From NCBI GenBank assembly GCA_918797485.1, contig CAKKNE010000005.1, forward strand, positions 1,736,001 through 1,800,000: 64,000 nucleotides of DNA. The letters are read 5' to 3'. How positions within the stretch are numbered: the first letter of the stretch is position 1; every line of letters begins with the position of its first letter. The translations under genes were made by a program, and so were the position numbers. Positions 40,075-51,796 of the stretch are shown piece by piece. The notes below the pieces were generated by a model. The model worked only from the letters and a program-made list of their open reading frames with translations. It did not search any database and was not told the origin of the DNA. This DNA comes from Pelagomonas calceolata (Eukaryota).

Positions 40075-41969
40075 ATGGCACACAAGGAGACTCTATGTGC
40101 CCTTGGAGACGCTTTGAGGGGAGATTTGGTCACAGCGGTTCCTGTGGTCACGCACGACATATTGATTGGAGTCGTTCGACGGCACAACAACTGTCTTGGT
40201 GTTCTGCGCGAAGGATGTGATTTGCTTGTCAAAAGCTTGGAGGTGGTCAAGGAACAACAGAGACTTGTAGCACGAGTGTCCACAAATGCTTTTATATTTA
40301 CCTCTTCAGCATAGGCTTTAGCCAGAGTAGGAGCAGCCGATACCACCCTGGGACTGCATGAATCTCGTCTAGACGATCTAGGCCACCGCTTTGAAAAAAT
40401 GGATGCCCAGGTTTCCCATTTGTGGAAACAAATGGATAAGTTGTCTGCTCTAGAAATCCAACAGCAGGAGCAAGTGGTGCAAACGAGGGAACTCCAGTGC
40501 TGCTTCCAAAAGCTTACTATAACCAGAGAGCAAGAAGCACTTGAGAACAAGGAACAACTCGAAACATTCCGAGGTTGGGCTTGGTCTTGTGCTCTATGAT
40601 GAAAGATGATGAGCCATATAGGTGCCATTGCTACGCAGGATCAGTCCATCTTGACCATTCAAGACAAACTAAGTCGCCTCTCAAAAGAGCTCTACATAAG
40701 TTCTGATCAGATACATGTTGTCAGGCGTTCAGATCCCGAAAATGGTGCTGTCTTTGACAACCCTGTCGACATTGGGCGTAACGGCACTAGCAGAGCTTCA
40801 TTGACCAACGAACTAGAGTGCATGAATACCATGGCTCAGGAGATGGCACGTAATATGGAGTTGCAGCGACGCATGGCTACCACGCAGAGCAAGCAACTCG
40901 AATTGAAAGCATGCAAGGAAACCGAAGCGATCGCCAACCAAAATAAAGAGCACCTGGGAAAAATACAGCAATTCCTCGATTCAAATATGGATGTCAACTT
41001 GATGGACATACGTCGCAATCAAGACCTCTTACTGTCGCAACTTGAAGATTATCACATGCTCCTCGACGAGAAAACTACCGAAAAGCAGGTGGATTCTCGC
41101 ATAGAACGCCGGTACGATGATTTGGTGTCCCATCTTCAGCTCGCCATGCAGTCTGTAAAAGCTGACGAAGCCAATTTCAAGGCGTGTATTCAGCGGATCG
41201 AGCAGGCCAATTCTCAGCTCCTGACAAATAAGGCAGAGCGCTCGGAACTAAACGAGTTGTATTTGTCAGAGCATGAAGAACATCTAAACGTTTACTGTTT
41301 CACCCTAGGCGGGCGCAGTTGGGAGTGCAGTTGGCAAATTCGACAAAAGCATCGCAAGAGCTTAGCCCAGAGGTACGTACTCTGTTGCGGAGTGCCGTTC
41401 AGCGCGATGAGATCCTCACGATGCTCAAAGGCAAAGCAGAGAAATCGCTAATGGACGTTCTGTCAACTCAAACTACATCCTTGCTAGAGTCAAGTGACAA
41501 ACTCAACAGTCGCATGTCTGCTTTATCCGAGCAGCAGACGCGGGCTATCTCTGTCCTTGCATTACAGAGTGAGCAGAGCGATGCTCTTCTTGATTCGCGT
41601 TTAAGTCACTTAGAAGCGATTCAAAACTCGTTGTATCCCCAAGCAAAGGGGTCGCCAGCTTCGCAGACACAAAACCTTCAGGAGCAATGTGATTCTATGC
41701 CAATTTCGCAGGATAACACCGCAGAAAAGGCACCAACCCTTCCATATATCAACGATGGAGTCGATTCAGTGCAGAAAATGAAGACGGCAGCCCCATCAAG
41801 CTCATTGCCAAACACTAGTCGACACTCAACCGCACTGCAAGAATCAGACTCAACGATTCCTTCATCTTCTTTTGAGATGCTGCCAAAAAAAAAGAGAACA
41901 TTAAAAGGCGGGCCGTTGGCACCTAGGGCACCATTAGTGTCATTCTTGCAGCCGCAGTCCTCTCCATGA
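40075..41969 (+). CDS. Uncharacterised coiled-coil protein, multi-exon
   Basis: Consecutive + strand ORFs joined by plausible ~50-bp introns (acceptors at 40313, 40621, 41328); heptad-rich sequence; no recognised domain. Confidence 0.6.
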
Positions 41970-42271
41970 GCTGATGTAATCTCCTGTGGTGACAGGCCTT
42001 TATCTCTAGTTCAGAGTACTATACGCGGCATGGAATAGCTCCCCTGGATCAACGAGAAAGTTAGCCAAGCTGCCTAGTGAAATGGAATTTTTAGCCTAGA
42101 GTCTCCTTACGCTTGATCCGCTCCCGTGACTGCCAGTGGGGGCAACTGTTTGGTCCGTGATTATGTACATCCATGATTACTGTTTGCCAGTGGGCCTGAG
42201 GCCGCCAGTAAGCCTCAGGGCGGCCAGGGAACGCCACCACGAACTATTGCCCCAGTTGGAGAGTCACCCTT

Positions 42272-42849
42272 GGGATTTTGTATACTTCATGTCCCATCCT
42301 GACGGATGATACGTATGATATTCAAATACCGATTTTTGAAATCCAATATAAAAATGACCATGACAAAAAAATCGCCAACTTGAAATATTTTTATCCGTTG
42401 GCGTTGATTGTCATCGGCGATGCCCGTCAGAACCCCGAAGAACTCCCAACGATTATCATTTGGGATTAGTGTGGGGGAGCACTTACCTAATGATATTAGG
42501 CCCGGGCCCGGGAAGTAGTATCGCAGACGATTCGAACTTGAAACGTATGAATTTCAAGTTAGTCCCCGGGCCCGGCCCCGGGGCCCCGCCTACGGCGTGG
42601 AACGAATTTCCTACATTTCGTGTGATGGAGATTGTTGTTCGGGGCACATATCATATACCGTGACCGTGACACTACCGTGTAAACGCAACGGACTTGGAAA
42701 ACTTGAAAATATTTTCAAGTTGGCTGCGGCCCGACGGGCAGCGGCGATTTCATCATGATGTCAATTTTTGATGACATATTTTGTACTATATTTTGTATTA
42801 GTTGGTAAAATAAGGGGGGATCCCAGTGGGACAAAGTATACAAAAACCC
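42272..42849. mobile_element. Foldback/MITE-like element (family C) with long imperfect inverted arms
   Basis: GGGATTTTGTATACTTCATGTCCCA vs TGGGACAAAGTATACAAAAACCC; inner inverted match GCCAACTTGAAATATTTT / AAAATATTTTCAAGTTGGC; GGG termini followed by TTA suggest PIF/Harbinger (inference). Confidence 0.75.
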
Positions 42850-43079
42850 TTAACTACTTTCCCGAGCCTGAGGTGTAATTCTGATATTCGATAAGTCACA
42901 GTTTTAAGACTGTTTGTTTTGTTTTTCGATCTAGCGCCTCGGTCGCCACCGGGGAAGCGCCGCGCTACGGTTCATTCAATTTCTTCGCATGTGGCGACTG
43001 TGGCGGCGTGCACAATTCCATACGTGCAACCTACGCATGGCACATGCGACCGCTGCGGCTGCCACGCGCGCGGAGAGTC

Positions 43080-43205
43080 CGCTCAAGTTGAAGTAAAGGT
43101 AGTCAGACTTCCACAAAATCACTCCTACTAGTACTTCTGCTGAGTTATTCCGGACGATTGTGGACGTCTATCCGGGAGCTCGAGTAGGTCCGTTCGGACG
43201 AAGTA
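43080..43205. mobile_element. Solo terminal fragment of TIR family A
   Basis: CTCAAGTTGAAGTAAAGGTAGTCA...GGACGTCTATCCGGGAGCTCGAGTAGGTCCG matches the reverse complement of 28590-28725. Confidence 0.8.
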
Positions 43206-43279
43206 GAATAGTTTAATTTGGCGGCGTCACGGCCAAGGCGTTATGAGTGCAATTGATACAAATTATGTCGAGTGATTGA

Positions 43280-46200
43280 TCAGATATGTGTCTGCAGGCG
43301 AAATGAGGTCCACTTGTCGGGTACCATCATAAAATATTTTTCCATGGCTAATTGAAACCGATTCCGATAATTTGGCGGTTGAATGACAGTTGGCTCAGCT
43401 TGACCAGCAATCATCCCAACTGACTTCCCGACGCGCTCAACCTTTTTTATTATGTCATACTGACGTAGGTAGTCAATGATTCCGACAACAAGCTGGTGAT
43501 TATCATCATCCATACCGACCAAAATTGAGTAGTCAACTACACTGATTAGAGAAAGAAATAGGGTGTCATTCATCACAGCGTTATTAAAGTATGCTTTTGC
43601 TTGGTCACGAAGGGGGAGAGGGCGACCTTCAGTAAACTCCACAAAATTTTCATCCAGCAGTACAGGCTGCACATCGCTCACTCCTACAAAACTTGAAGCT
43701 GTTTTGCTAACTTCGCCTGAAGCATCCACACGTGCGTACCTTGATCGCGTGCTGCCCTTGAGATCAAAAACCCGGTGGATTGAACACTCATGGAATAAAT
43801 TTTGCATAACTACTACCTGTTCCATGGTCCTTTTCCCGTTTGCACGATTATGTGAGCCGATCTGATAAACACCGAAGACTTTAACTAGAAGTGTTGCATA
43901 ACAACAAAAAAATGCTTTGAACAGATATTCAAAGTACGCAGGGGCATACTCCAAAAACATCTGTAACTCAGTCCGAGTAATTTGCTTAACCACAAATCTT
44001 CCATCTGTTGTTTTCAGAAATGTCGCACCTGACTTACCGCCTTGCGCATTCCATGGGCGAGCCATGGAGAGGGACCTTAGGTATCCTATTTCATCTTCTT
44101 CGCTGTTTCCGCAGAATGCCCTGCGCACTGCAACAAATTGAGTAGTCCAGTAGGCCTGACAGACAAACTTGCATATAGTATTCCCTTTTTCATTCATGTC
44201 AGCAAATCTGTGCTTTATATGCGTTTTCTGAGTGGACAACATCTGGTTTTCAAAGTAAGGAGGGGAGGCCTTTACCAGTCTACCCGCATGGCGAAGAGGA
44301 GTTGTAAGCGCCAGTTCCACATTTTGACGTGTATCGGCGACCGTGCGTTCGTCACAACGACCATGAGAAATTCCAGGGTTGCTGTGGTCTTGCATACTAA
44401 AGTCTGGCGATGTTGGCTTTCTCCTAAACAATGCGCCAATTGACCCAACTTGATCTAAAGCAGGACTGCTGGTAGTCGTCCTTGAGCGCAAGAGATTGCC
44501 CTGTTCTGTGATCGTCGACAGCCCGGTGCCGGGCGAGTGAGAGAGGCCACATGGTGCTTTTAAGCCCATTGCTGTTTCAGATATAATTGGCTTCTCATTG
44601 TAGTACATGCTGTTTCTTTTATGCGTTGCGTCTAGGTACGTTGCCAATGAGCGCTTGTACTCCATTGTGCTTAAACTATATGCAATTATTGTAGTCGGCT
44701 CTTCATCATGGACTAGCAAGACTCCACTACAATCACCAATCTCCAAACGCGGTCTTCCACCCTCTAGACTGCGAAGCGGCACAATCCATGGGTCCTCCTC
44801 AGGACTGTATGTACCCAAGAGCCTCGATAGTGCACTAGAAAATCTATAGCCACGGAGCGTAGCTTGCACGTTAGGTATACCTGTAATCACTTCTTCATCA
44901 TGGTATTCTGATTGCTGGCTATCTGAGTTCAGAGTAAGTGGCGCATCAACGCAGTTGCTCTGATTATTGTGATCCTTGATTAGTTCACGAGTTGACACGT
45001 AGTTCGCTGGTGCAAAATCTCCCAGGACCTCCTCAGAACTACCAATCACAGTTCCTATGTGTTCTGCGGCCATCATTTTGGTACCTGAAGGTAAGCCGGG
45101 AGGCAAGGCCTGGCCTTCACCGTCTTGGAAGTCGTCGCCCTCGTCTATATCTTCTTCTATAGCCGATGTCGATACAAATCTGGGTTCTGTCAGGGTTCTA
45201 AGATGTAAAAGCTCTGCCTCTATTATATCACTACTGCAGCCAACAATAGTTGCTATGTAACTGGATGCATCAGTTGTGGTACTCGCATATGACCCAGCTT
45301 TATCTTGTATAGAACTCAAAAGCTGACCTAATAATGCAAACCTCTGGTTCCAGTTGCTCATTCTAACGTAAAGCTCCCGGCGGAATTGTGCAGGGAAGCG
45401 CAACTGCACAGAATTGTCGGACAGCCACATTTTTTCATGCAAATGAGGCTCATCTAAAAGCTGATGACGCAACCAGGATGAGTAGCTTTCGATGTCCATT
45501 GATATCTGGCTTAGCTCGCCCAACACCGTGGCTAATAAAGAATATGTGGAATTATCATTGCTAGTCGTAGTAAACACTAGGACTATTGAATCCATAACCA
45601 CTTCTAATTCACTATGCTTTGCACGAAATGATCTGAAAAGGTCTAAGGTTAGTAATTTCAAACTCTGACATTCAAGTGCAAGCTCATGATAATAAAATGA
45701 CCCGTCAAAAGGAAGTTGCTGTCTGACATAAATCTCATATGGCCTGATGCGTTCGTAATCAAAGCGAGCAATCAGATTTCGGGACCCATAGAAAAACACG
45801 TGGTTGGTTTGCAGGCAATGTCGACAGTTTCCGGTGCGACAAGTGGCAGTTCTGTTATAGAAGCGCACCTCCAAAAACTTGCCGAACGACATCTTCCAAG
45901 TGTCCTCCGACATAGGAACTAAAGGAGAGACTATTTCTTCGCAAGCTTTACAATAGCTCCACATGAAAATCGTATTGTCATGATTTACACTGCACAGAGA
46001 TTCTGCGGATTCGTTCTCCGTCGTTGGAGCCACAGACAATGCCTGGTCCATCTTCACGGTAATGAGGAGTCTGCCATCATTGTGATAAAATATTTGGGTC
46101 ATGTCAAGCACCGATTTTTTGTCGCCAGGAGGGAACTTCGACTTCAGATTAAAGCAACAGTTGAGGAGGAATTGACCCAAGCTCACGTCCTGTGGAGTGT

Positions 46201-48289
46201 AGTATAGAACGCCCTTGACCTCTGCGGAGGCACACTGCGTACGATGACTCATCCACACGCTCGTGACCAGCAACATTTGATGATCAAAGGCAGATGTTGA
46301 TACGAACTGCTTTTTTATGAGTTGACCGGGAGAGGAACTTCTGGAATCAATTGTTCCGTCCCCGAAATCAACTGATAGAGATGAAGAGAAGATGGATGAT
46401 CCGTGCCACTGTGCAGGCACAGCAGCGTGCCTTGGCATTGCACCGCAGTCTCTCAGAAAAGAACATTCTAGGCGGAGATGATATGCTACAAATACAGCAA
46501 AGCCAACAATCCTCTTAATTTTCTTCAGCTCTGATTTTCTGGCACCTCTCAATATTAGCGTGCAACCAAGGAATCTAGGAGAGCCCGACAGATAAACATA
46601 GCTTACATACCCGTGCCCACGCATGCGTTTATAGTGAGGCTGAACATGATTTAGCTTAGGTATCGACTTGACATGATATCCTTCAAGTGGTACAGATGGG
46701 TATGTTGTGATTTGGAGGTGCTGACAGGTTCCAAGTGCTATGTCTCTGTAATCACTCATGCTAGTAACGTAATCAGTTGACGGAACAATAGCCGCCCCGG
46801 TCATGCGCGCAATTTGCTTCATTAGTCTGGGCTTGACATGTTGAACTGCAACTACATCATGCTGGTTAAGGTACTCTTGGGCCTGGCGAGATATCGAACT
46901 TCCTACACACATCAAATCAGGCTGCAGTCGAATTATCTTCTCCACTATTATTTCTGTGTATTTCTGCTCTTGTTCTAGCAATGTTGTAAAAGTTGCCAGT
47001 TTCGAGTGGGTGCGCTGAAAGTCCACGCCACCTGAGAGCAACAATATGCGAGGCGAGCAGGCGGACTTTCGCATCTTTTTATGGACTACTCCCTTCGAAA
47101 AGACAATGCCATCAACATAGCGACATTCCAGATACGATCCTCCTGGTATCACCTTGATCTTGACGTATGGTCGAATGTCCATGGTATCAGCGATGCGGAC
47201 ATTTGGTGTGACAGTGTCACTAGCTTCTTGAGCTAGGCGAAGTATAATGGCACCCCAATTTTGTTCGTGTGGTCTTTCATACGCGCGGTCATATTCCGAC
47301 AAGAGTCCTTGAACCATAGATTCAAGTCTCAAAATTGCGCTCTGCCGAAGCAGGTCTGCAATATGCAGAAGCTCAGCGCGAGATTCCTGATTACGTGAAG
47401 TTGCATTCAGGAGAGAGATAGGCGCAACAAAAGATGACGTTCCGAGAAGCCTCCTTCGCAGACAGGCTTCCGGGCTATCAATCATCGATCTATTCCACGC
47501 GTCATACACAGACCACACGCAGGGCAATTTGCTTGAATCTGATTCTAAATTAGATTCTCTGGTTGCTTGATGTTGACATCTAAAACGATTTTTGTTATGT
47601 GCAGGTATGTTAGTAGCATGATCTGTAGTCTCACTAAACTCTTGCTGTAAATTTAGTTTATCATGCACAGTGAGGCTAAAACAATCATGAGCGACATTTT
47701 CCGCTTCCTCAAATCGCCGGGCAATACTTGGGCTACAGGCAGGAACATACTCATGTAAAGATTGCGAGTTCTCGACTGCAATATGATTTTTTTGCAGTGA
47801 TCTGCCATGTTTCTCGCATGCACCTAAGAAAGACGAATTCACTAACACCCTATCCGACTGCACTTGGTATGGTGCTTTGTGGGCTTGGTGACAAGTCGTA
47901 CACACCCGAACCATGCCGGTCAGCAGTACGAGTCGACCATCGATCAAGTAGGACGAACACTTGTGACAGAACACCTGCCCACATAATCGGCAGTGATGCC
48001 TCCGACGAAACATGTTGAACGGCATTTCACATTCATAACAGGTCCTGCACAATCTATCAGGCATCCAGTACTCCTGCGCACATGGCAACGTCGATTTTTT
48101 TTTCACTTTGAATTCTGGTCCTTGCGATGAGGTCACGACAGATTTCCTTTCAACGTCATTAGACAGCAGTTCAACAGCTAGGTGGCTTCTGGCACTATTG
48201 CCGTATACAGGAAAATATGTCAGATCATCTTTTTTTTTCCCGTCATTGCTGACAAGCGAAAACAGCCTCCACGACCCTTTCTCCTTCAT
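43280..48289 (-). CDS. FAB1: FAB1/PIKfyve PtdIns3P 5-kinase (FYVE, CCT-like, CHK, PIP kinase), apparently intronless
   Basis: YWMPD..C..CYEC..PF.MFRRRHHCRLCGQVFC, MDIRPYVKIK.IPGG, WKMSFGKFLE, W.AQGGKSGATF.KT.DGRFVVKQI, FDLKGS.R.R, VDYSILVG, GIIDYLRQY. Confidence 0.97.
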   Translation of the reverse strand: MKEKGSWRLFSLVSNDGKKKDDLTYFPVYGNSARSHLAVELLSNDVERKSVVTSSQGPEFKVKKKSTLPCAQEYWMPDRLCRTCYECEMPFNMFRRRHHCRLCGQVFCHKCSSYLIDGRLVLLTGMVRVCTTCHQAHKAPYQVQSDRVLVNSSFLGACEKHGRSLQKNHIAVENSQSLHEYVPACSPSIARRFEEAENVAHDCFSLTVHDKLNLQQEFSETTDHATNIPAHNKNRFRCQHQATRESNLESDSSKLPCVWSVYDAWNRSMIDSPEACLRRRLLGTSSFVAPISLLNATSRNQESRAELLHIADLLRQSAILRLESMVQGLLSEYDRAYERPHEQNWGAIILRLAQEASDTVTPNVRIADTMDIRPYVKIKVIPGGSYLECRYVDGIVFSKGVVHKKMRKSACSPRILLLSGGVDFQRTHSKLATFTTLLEQEQKYTEIIVEKIIRLQPDLMCVGSSISRQAQEYLNQHDVVAVQHVKPRLMKQIARMTGAAIVPSTDYVTSMSDYRDIALGTCQHLQITTYPSVPLEGYHVKSIPKLNHVQPHYKRMRGHGYVSYVYLSGSPRFLGCTLILRGARKSELKKIKRIVGFAVFVAYHLRLECSFLRDCGAMPRHAAVPAQWHGSSIFSSSLSVDFGDGTIDSRSSSPGQLIKKQFVSTSAFDHQMLLVTSVWMSHRTQCASAEVKGVLYYTPQDVSLGQFLLNCCFNLKSKFPPGDKKSVLDMTQIFYHNDGRLLITVKMDQALSVAPTTENESAESLCSVNHDNTIFMWSYCKACEEIVSPLVPMSEDTWKMSFGKFLEVRFYNRTATCRTGNCRHCLQTNHVFFYGSRNLIARFDYERIRPYEIYVRQQLPFDGSFYYHELALECQSLKLLTLDLFRSFRAKHSELEVVMDSIVLVFTTTSNDNSTYSLLATVLGELSQISMDIESYSSWLRHQLLDEPHLHEKMWLSDNSVQLRFPAQFRRELYVRMSNWNQRFALLGQLLSSIQDKAGSYASTTTDASSYIATIVGCSSDIIEAELLHLRTLTEPRFVSTSAIEEDIDEGDDFQDGEGQALPPGLPSGTKMMAAEHIGTVIGSSEEVLGDFAPANYVSTRELIKDHNNQSNCVDAPLTLNSDSQQSEYHDEEVITGIPNVQATLRGYRFSSALSRLLGTYSPEEDPWIVPLRSLEGGRPRLEIGDCSGVLLVHDEEPTTIIAYSLSTMEYKRSLATYLDATHKRNSMYYNEKPIISETAMGLKAPCGLSHSPGTGLSTITEQGNLLRSRTTTSSPALDQVGSIGALFRRKPTSPDFSMQDHSNPGISHGRCDERTVADTRQNVELALTTPLRHAGRLVKASPPYFENQMLSTQKTHIKHRFADMNEKGNTICKFVCQAYWTTQFVAVRRAFCGNSEEDEIGYLRSLSMARPWNAQGGKSGATFLKTTDGRFVVKQITRTELQMFLEYAPAYFEYLFKAFFCCYATLLVKVFGVYQIGSHNRANGKRTMEQVVVMQNLFHECSIHRVFDLKGSTRSRYARVDASGEVSKTASSFVGVSDVQPVLLDENFVEFTEGRPLPLRDQAKAYFNNAVMNDTLFLSLISVVDYSILVGMDDDNHQLVVGIIDYLRQYDIIKKVERVGKSVGMIAGQAEPTVIQPPNYRNRFQLAMEKYFMMVPDKWTSFRLQTHI

Positions 48290-49091
48290 TCGACCGCCCT
48301 ATATGCCCCGTGGCACACGTCTCCAGCCAAATACGCCTGGATCATGTTGCCCTGATCCCATCGAACCGGCCTGCATTTGATGCTCCTGCCCCTCTCGAGG
48401 TCTAGGGCGCTGACACTCACGACACTCACGAGCGTAACCATGCCGAGGTTTGTAGGATCTCCCAAGGAGTGGTTGGGGGGAGTGGTAGTGGGGTAACCCC
48501 CCCCTAGTAAGAGCCTAGTAGGGGGCGTAGTAGGGGGGTCGAGCCACAGCAGAGACAAGCCGCTGGTCGACTTGTGCGACTGTTACTTGTTCTAGTCCGT
48601 AGGATCGTCCTGTCGCGAGCTCCTGACGCGGCAAACTCGTCGAGTCGACGATACGCTGGTCGCGGTGGACCCGCGGTGCCTGCCGCGGGCAAAAAGGGGG
48701 GGTTAGTAAAGTGGAGCTAGTGGGATTTTTCTAACGCAATTTTCTCCCAGGGACCCCTGAAGAGGTGTGGTAGGTAGTGGCCTGCTGTCGGGGGTAGTCC
48801 CCGCCCTGCTGGAGCCTGAGCGTAACCCGTATGCGGAATACGCTCAGGTGCATGAATACGTCTGACGCATCCTCGCGACGTGCGGGGGAAGGATAATACC
48901 CTAGCGCAAACACATACATGTAATCTCCCTAGAGCTAGGCCGAGTAGAAAGTGGGGGCGCGAGAGCTCCGGGGGCGCGCGCAAAGACAACACGTAAAACC
49001 GGAATATATTATCCCCAGCGGCCGCAGACTAGATGCAAAGGACCCCGCAGCCGCACGCAAAGGCCACACGACGTCCGCAATCCGCATTAGT

Positions 49092-49122
49092 CCCTCCCTC
49101 CCTCCCTCCCTCCCTCCCTCCC
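49092..49122. repeat. (CCCT)n microsatellite
   Basis: Directly visible. Confidence 0.9.
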
Positions 49123-49451
49123 CCTGCCAGTGCCAGTGGATCCCATGCCACCCGCCTGCGGGTTTTTCCGGGATGCCAGCGGTAAAAGCCGAGCCGCCCT
49201 TCTTGTCTGTTGAGGGGGGAATGGCGGCGGAGGCCTCCGCAGGCGGGTGGTGCGATGCCTCAGAGGTCTATATAGTCGTTTTGTAGTCGGTGTAGTCTGA
49301 GACCGGCCCGGGAAATCGACGTATCTTTCCAAGCTGGATCAATCCCCAGAGTTCCTAGGAAATATCCATACCCGGGCCTGCAAAATTTCGGTACTTTCGG
49401 CGATACCACGCCCGGAATTGTATCCGAGGCTCCGTTTACGGTACTTGACCT

Positions 49452-50190
49452 AGCTCACTGGGCAACGGACCCTAGTAGGTTCGTTGTCGACGCTGGATTG
49501 GCTCAATTAATTAATGCCAAACGCACGTCCTTAAAATGAGTGCACTCGTATGGTGATACCGTGACCTGAAAAACCACAAGCAGCACGCAGCGAAAGAAGC
49601 TCGTGGTTTTTTAGGTGTAACCATACGAGTGCACTCATTTTAAGGACGTGGCAAACCGCCATATTTACTTCGAAAGCCCCCGCGCTCGTCGTGCTGCCCC
49701 GTATGGGGACACCCGCGCGGCTGCTGCCCCGCGACGTCAGGGACGAGCTGCGGTCGAAATTTGGGTGTCATCGACCGAATATTGAACGAATGGTGCGACC
49801 CATTCGTTTCGGCGGCTCGATTGAACGAATGGTTTACGACGAATTTTGGCTGCGGACGAGCTGACTGCTGATTATCGTACTCCCCGGCGACGCGCTGCGG
49901 ATTCCGGGGGCGCGGGCCGCACAGCAACCGGTATCGGGCGGGAAAAGGGCGGCGTCGAAAGGCTGCTGCTGGGGAGGGGGCCATATCTCGCCACGCCGAC
50001 GTCGGCGTGCAATGCACCCAGCGACACTCATGCACCCAGCGACACTCCGGGAGATCGCGCACGGGCGGGCCATTGTGTAAGTGGACTTTTTTGTGTACTC
50101 GACGATCTAGTGAGATAGAGGCAATTAAAGGCTGAGCTGTGGCCGAGGCGGGCAGCGAGCCGGATCGGGTCCGTTGCCCAGTAGGGCCTA
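49452..50190. mobile_element. TIR element (family D) containing a nested hairpin element
   Basis: Perfect 16-bp inverted match ACTGGGCAACGGACCC (49457-49472) / GGGTCCGTTGCCCAGT (50167-50182), weaker similarity over ~60 bp; exact ends unclear. Confidence 0.7.
49524..49650. mobile_element. 127-bp near-perfect palindromic MITE with CAC...GTG ends
   Basis: 31-bp perfect TIR CACGTCCTTAAAATGAGTGCACTCGTATGGT; flanks GCCAAACG / GCAAACCG may be a degenerate 8-bp TSD. Confidence 0.85.
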
Positions 50191-51019
50191 GTCATGGCCT
50201 GTTAACGGCCCCAGGATGTACTGGCCAGCGTGGGAAGGCCCAACGACTACGTATAGTAGCCCCCGGGCTGCCCGGCCCATGCCCCCCCTGACGGAAGTAG
50301 TCGGGAAGTAGCCGGACCCCGGATTTCGACCACTATCTCAGGCCACCCGGAGCCGCCCTTGTAGTCGGTAGAGGGGAGCCTGGGGAGGGTCTTGCAGGTG
50401 GGTGGTACCCCCACGCGGTCGACCGTTCTGCGTCATCATGATTGCAATTACTAGGTCACGGTTCGAACTTCGAATAGTAGCCTGAGTCACGGTCACGGCA
50501 TATCGTGATGCCAGTCACGGTGATAACTTGAATTCCATACCGGCGTGACTATTCAAAGTCGCAAACTATAGTACGGTGAATACCCTGTGCTCCCGCCCTG
50601 AACGGTCACGGTACGGTGCGGCCACCGTGACGGCCCGGGCCCGGGTGCTTTGCAAAAGTTCAATTTATTCAAAAGGTATAATCGCAAAAAATTGGTACTC
50701 CTCCTAAAATTACTGCGCGCGCGGGGTACCCCCTCGGGCCCCGGCCCCCGACGCGACGGCCCATTCAACTTGAACTTGAAGTGACCACTCTCCGGCCCGG
50801 GGTGTCCCCCGCCCCGGCCCGGGGCCCGGGCAGGCTGGAATAAAAACATTGAATTCCAACGGGCCTATCATCATAACGCTCTTGACCGCCCAGGCGTCCG
50901 AAATGAGCTACTAGTTTAAATTCTTCTGTGATCTAGGCTAGGTAGGATACTGCGGTAGTAAATATCAGTATCCGCTTCCTAAGCGTGCACCCAACGCATC
51001 CAGCGGACAGGACGCCGAT

Positions 51020-51796
51020 ATGACCAAATCTCTAGGACTTGACCACTCAATCATTGACTCATTCAACGCGACGAAGAAAACATCGCCGTCCTATCAATTT
51101 GGATCGGCAATACGGCCACGACTTTCCGACGCGGAGCCGACTCCCGGCGCCGGGGCGTATTCGATTAAGACCACGATCCTAGGCAATGTTCCAGACTCGA
51201 GGATAGTTTCAACGCCGCAATTCTCTCTTCGCTCCCGCGAGAAGTTTGGAGATCCAATGCTTAGAGCGCTTGATGCTGGAACTGCAAGCGAGCCTGGCCC
51301 TGGCTGGTATACTCCCAAGCAGATCAATCCAAATGATGACAATCCACCAAAGTACTCTTTTCCGAAAGGCCATTTTATCAAAGACAAAGCTCGGTTTTCT
51401 CCCGGTCCTGGGGCATACGCCATCCCGTCGTCGGTTGGCAGACAAGTTCTCTCGACAAAATCCAATAACAATGGTATGGGGTTCGGACAAGGCGAAAGAC
51501 CACCGCTCCTTCGTGTCCAGAATGACGTTGGCCCGGGTGAATATGGCGTTGGCATCTCGGCATGCAGAAAGCAGGTTGACTCGCGCAAAAAAACATCTGG
51601 ATTTGTTAAGTTCTCTCGCAGTGCACGTGACAAGACATCATCAATGACTATGCAGGATGAGCTGCAGGCTCGCCCAGGCCCAGGCACATATCAGTTACCA
51701 TCTGGACTTTGCGGTAGTGGCTCATCATATCCTTTCAGAGCTGCCCCTAGGGCTTCACTCTCAGGCCGCGAAAAATTTGGCAGTCCTTTCTCATGA
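51020..51796 (+). CDS. SHIPPO/ODF3-like PGP-repeat (axonemal) protein
   Basis: Repeated (T/E/S)PGPG.Y motifs alternating with P.YSF/P.FSL..R segments. Confidence 0.8.
   Translation: MTKSLGLDHSIIDSFNATKKTSPSYQFGSAIRPRLSDAEPTPGAGAYSIKTTILGNVPDSRIVSTPQFSLRSREKFGDPMLRALDAGTASEPGPGWYTPKQINPNDDNPPKYSFPKGHFIKDKARFSPGPGAYAIPSSVGRQVLSTKSNNNGMGFGQGERPPLLRVQNDVGPGEYGVGISACRKQVDSRKKTSGFVKFSRSARDKTSSMTMQDELQARPGPGTYQLPSGLCGSGSSYPFRAAPRASLSGREKFGSPFS

Noticed and set aside
49524..49650. CAC...GTG MITE as the donor of the scars
   Set aside because: Its flanks (CG / GC) are not a 2-bp duplication, so it is not supported as the donor from this copy.
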